A DNA stretch of 64,000 bases from Octopus bimaculoides (taxonomy: Eukaryota): positions 5,564,555 to 5,628,554 of the forward strand of contig NC_068994.1 of assembly GCF_001194135.2 (NCBI RefSeq), in the 5' to 3' direction. The notes beneath the pieces are model-generated. The model ran no database searches, was not told the DNA's origin, and saw only the letters and a list, made by a program, of their open reading frames with translations. Shown piece after piece: positions 60,979 through 64,000 of this stretch; the stretch's first letter is position 1; the number at the start of each line of letters is the position of its first letter. The position numbers and the translations under genes are program-made.

Positions 60979-63675
60979 GGTTTTCTTATAAATGTAGAGG
61001 TGCGCGGCTTCGTGCTAAATATTTTCGTTTCGATTCCTTGACCAGACGATGAGTTGAGCTCTGAAGCAAACCACATCCTTTTATGCTGCTCCTGTTCAAT
61101 CAACTGACAAAAATGAGTGATCCCGACTCGTCCCCCGTCCAAGGATGGAGAATATACATACCACATGATCCTGGTAATAGACCTTATCAGCCTATAGCGT
61201 GCGAAGAACCTTTGCTCTTTTATTTCTTTTATTCCCATATATACTTTGCCTGTAGAACACATTGCATAATGTATTCCTAGATACATTGTCCGAAACAAAA
61301 CAAAAGGGATGGTCGATGCTTTTCAGCGAAACAGGTCTAGTTACCGTACGGACGAACGCTAACGTGAAGTTATACAACAATCATAACTCAAGTTGCGGCT
61401 AGGGGAGCTTCTACATGATAGCTATACATGCTGGATATAGCAGCTGAATTTCTTTTAAGACATGTCTTACAGTGTCCAAAATTACGCAAGAGCATTTATG
61501 CTGTAAAACTTTATGGAATAAAGTCATATTGGATACATTGAGCTATTGGAGAAAGGTGAGATAGTCGTAGCATTGAGCGCTTTTAACTGTATGCCGACCA
61601 ATGACGAGACTATAACAATAACAACAACATCAGCACAAAACTGTTCTTTTCATTGAGAGAGAGTTGTAAGGTAATTCTATCGTCAGACTCTTAATGACAG
61701 TTAAAGCTGTAACGAGATGCACAGAGCACGAAAGGGGATTATATACGTTGAGAGAGATATACACAAAACCGATGGTAATTGCAAACTGATGTACACACGA
61801 TTATCGTTATTAAAGGCAGATGTGTGTGTGTGTTGTATTTATATATATATATATNNNNNNNNNNNNNNNNNNNNNNNNNNNNNNNNNNNNNNNNNNNNNN
61901 NNNNNNNNNNNNNNNNNNNNNNNNNNNNNNNNNNNNNNNNNNNNNNNNNNNNNNNNNNNNNNNNNNNNNNNNNNNNNNNNNNNNNNNNNNNNNNNNNNNN
62001 NNNNNNNNNNNNNNNNNNNNNNNNNNNNNNNNNNNNNNNNNNNNNNNNNNNNNNNNNNNNNNNNNNNNNNNNNNNNNNNNNNNNNNNNNNNNNNNNNNNN
62101 NNNNNNNNNNNNNNNNNNNNNNNNNNNNNNNNNNNNNNNNNNNNNNNNNNNNNNNNNNNNNNNNNNNNNNNNNNNNNNNNNNNNNNNNNNNNNNNNNNNN
62201 NNNNNNNNNNNNNNNNNNNNNNNNNNNNNNNNNNNNNNNNNNNNNNNNNNNNNNNNNNNNNNNNNNNNNNNNNNNNNNNNNNNNNNNNNNNNNNNNNNNN
62301 NNNNNNNNNNNNNNNNNNNNNNNNNNNNNNNNNNNNNNNNNNNNNNNNNNNNNNNNNNNNNNNNNNNNNNNNNNNNNNNNNNNNNNNNNNNNNNNNNNNN
62401 NNNNNNNNNNNNNNNNNNNNNNNNNNNNNNNNNNNNNNNNNNNTATATATATATATATATCACCAACGGTATATACAAAATAGATGTACACACTACCATT
62501 GTTAATGCCAGAGGAACAGCTAGTGAAGCATTAGAGCAATGCCTACAACCGTACCGTAACTAGAGTATATAGGAAATATGAGTCTAGACTATCACATAGC
62601 ACTTTGAATGATACTAGTCAAAGCTTGATGTTAGCCCTGTACTCAGTAGAAGTATCGTACTTCTGGGGAAGTTGGATCCCAACGAGTAGTTTGGCTCAGT
62701 ATCTACATATCACGTACCTGCTTGATCAGGCTTTACTTGGGGGTCACATAGTTTAAAACTATCTAACATCAGTATGAACGTACACGGGAGCCTATCTGTA
62801 GTCGCGTGAACTGCTAGAAATGGCAACCAACTTTTATCAAATCAATCCGCTTCTGTTTTAAGAAAGACAGTACTGACGAGTATAATAGTTGAAGTAGTAT
62901 AGGATATAGCATGCGGAAAAGAAGTTTGCTTGGTGATGACTGGAAGAACTAAACTACAGCAACAATATCCTACGTTACCAAAGCTGAACATAAAAGCAAG
63001 ATCTTCACTTCCTGCGACAATAGCAACAATACATCTGACATGAACATGGGCCAGGAGAACTAATAGCAAAATCTCCTAGAAATTTCAGACTGCCATTTTA
63101 AAAGAAGTCATATTGGATCACGTATTTCTATTGAGATGATGCGTGATGTAAAATAGAGGTTGGACATGTCCAGAAAGCCTTTCCTTATAATTCTGCTCTG
63201 AGATTAAACAACAGCCACAATGCAAAATCTGACGAAACAATGATGGATTGTGTCTGGAAGAAATAGCAGCTACATCTTCTTCAAATTACACGATACTGTC
63301 TTAAACATTGACTGATGGGTAGCCCTAGATGCAATGAGCCTGTTTAATGATGACGAGATAGAAATAGCTGGGACGTGTTTGATGATAAATCTACTGGATC
63401 AGATCTGATCTGGATACCAACATCAACAACAACAACAACAACAAGAATAGCGACAAGGGCAACAAAACCAAGTCCAATGAGTCGTTCGGCCCGTTAGAAA
63501 TAGCAGTCAAACATCACTCAAATCGGATCCAATGATCTTAAAATGGAAAGAAGACATGGAAGCATATTCGATAACGTTGTCATGACAACGACAACCAGTA
63601 AGGAGATAAGGCACGGCTACATAGTATCACAGCAATGAATACAAGAAATCTAAAAGAATGTTTCACCTACCTTGA

Positions 63676-63707
<32 letters not shown>

Positions 63708-64000
63708 GTGTTTGTATGTGCGCGCACGCGTGCGTGTTGTGTTTGTGTGTGTCTGTGTATGTGTGCGTGTTTGTTTGTATGTTTAAGGATACGTGTATGA
63801 AATTATGTGTGTGTGTGTCTGTGAATGTATATCGTCTTTTTTTCCGATTCTTTGATTATTTTTCTGAATTTTCTTTTCTTTTGAAAACTTCCTCCTCGAC
63901 TGTCATAAATTATAACAAGAGTTCCATGAACCGCACTGCCTAAGTACAGTCTATAGAATAGTCAAAGAAAGATCATATTAAATGTTTTAAAAAAATAATA

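Noticed and set aside
62470-62560. TIVNARGTASEALEQCLQPY resembling a PLE RT motif
   Set aside because: Too short and not followed by further RT motifs.

Overview
AT-rich, microsatellite-dense animal genomic DNA with about 17 assembly gaps, most bordered by (AT)n or (CA)n. The repeat landscape looks like an Octopus short-read assembly; this is inferred from SINE and microsatellite style and is not verified. Two convergent spliced genes are supported. (1) On the + strand, 610-16052, are 12 visible 3' coding exons of a tandem-domain receptor-type protein tyrosine phosphatase. D1 has intact WPD and HCSAGVGRTG motifs, D2 is a strongly degenerate pseudophosphatase, and the protein ends in YANF. One linker exon is probably hidden in gap 7737-8216. 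(2) On the - strand, 35447-29956, is a 3-coding-exon, 465-aa rhodopsin-type peptide GPCR most similar to ecdysis-triggering-hormone (ETH) receptors. The rest is non-coding: at least five tRNA-derived SINE families and fossils of RLE-type, CR1/L2-like and RTE LINEs, Penelope-like elements (PLE), Tc1/mariner and Helitron, plus mini- and microsatellites. The most unusual signals are a set of hammerhead-ribozyme motifs (one built into a tRNA-headed SINE family, one nearly intact stand-alone copy), RLE retroelements flanked by (ACAT)n, a tRNA-like gene in a 313-bp partial tandem unit, and long inverted repeats around PTP exons. Nearly all ORFs in the supplied track are microsatellite or N-gap artefacts. 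All translations and alignments were done by eye.
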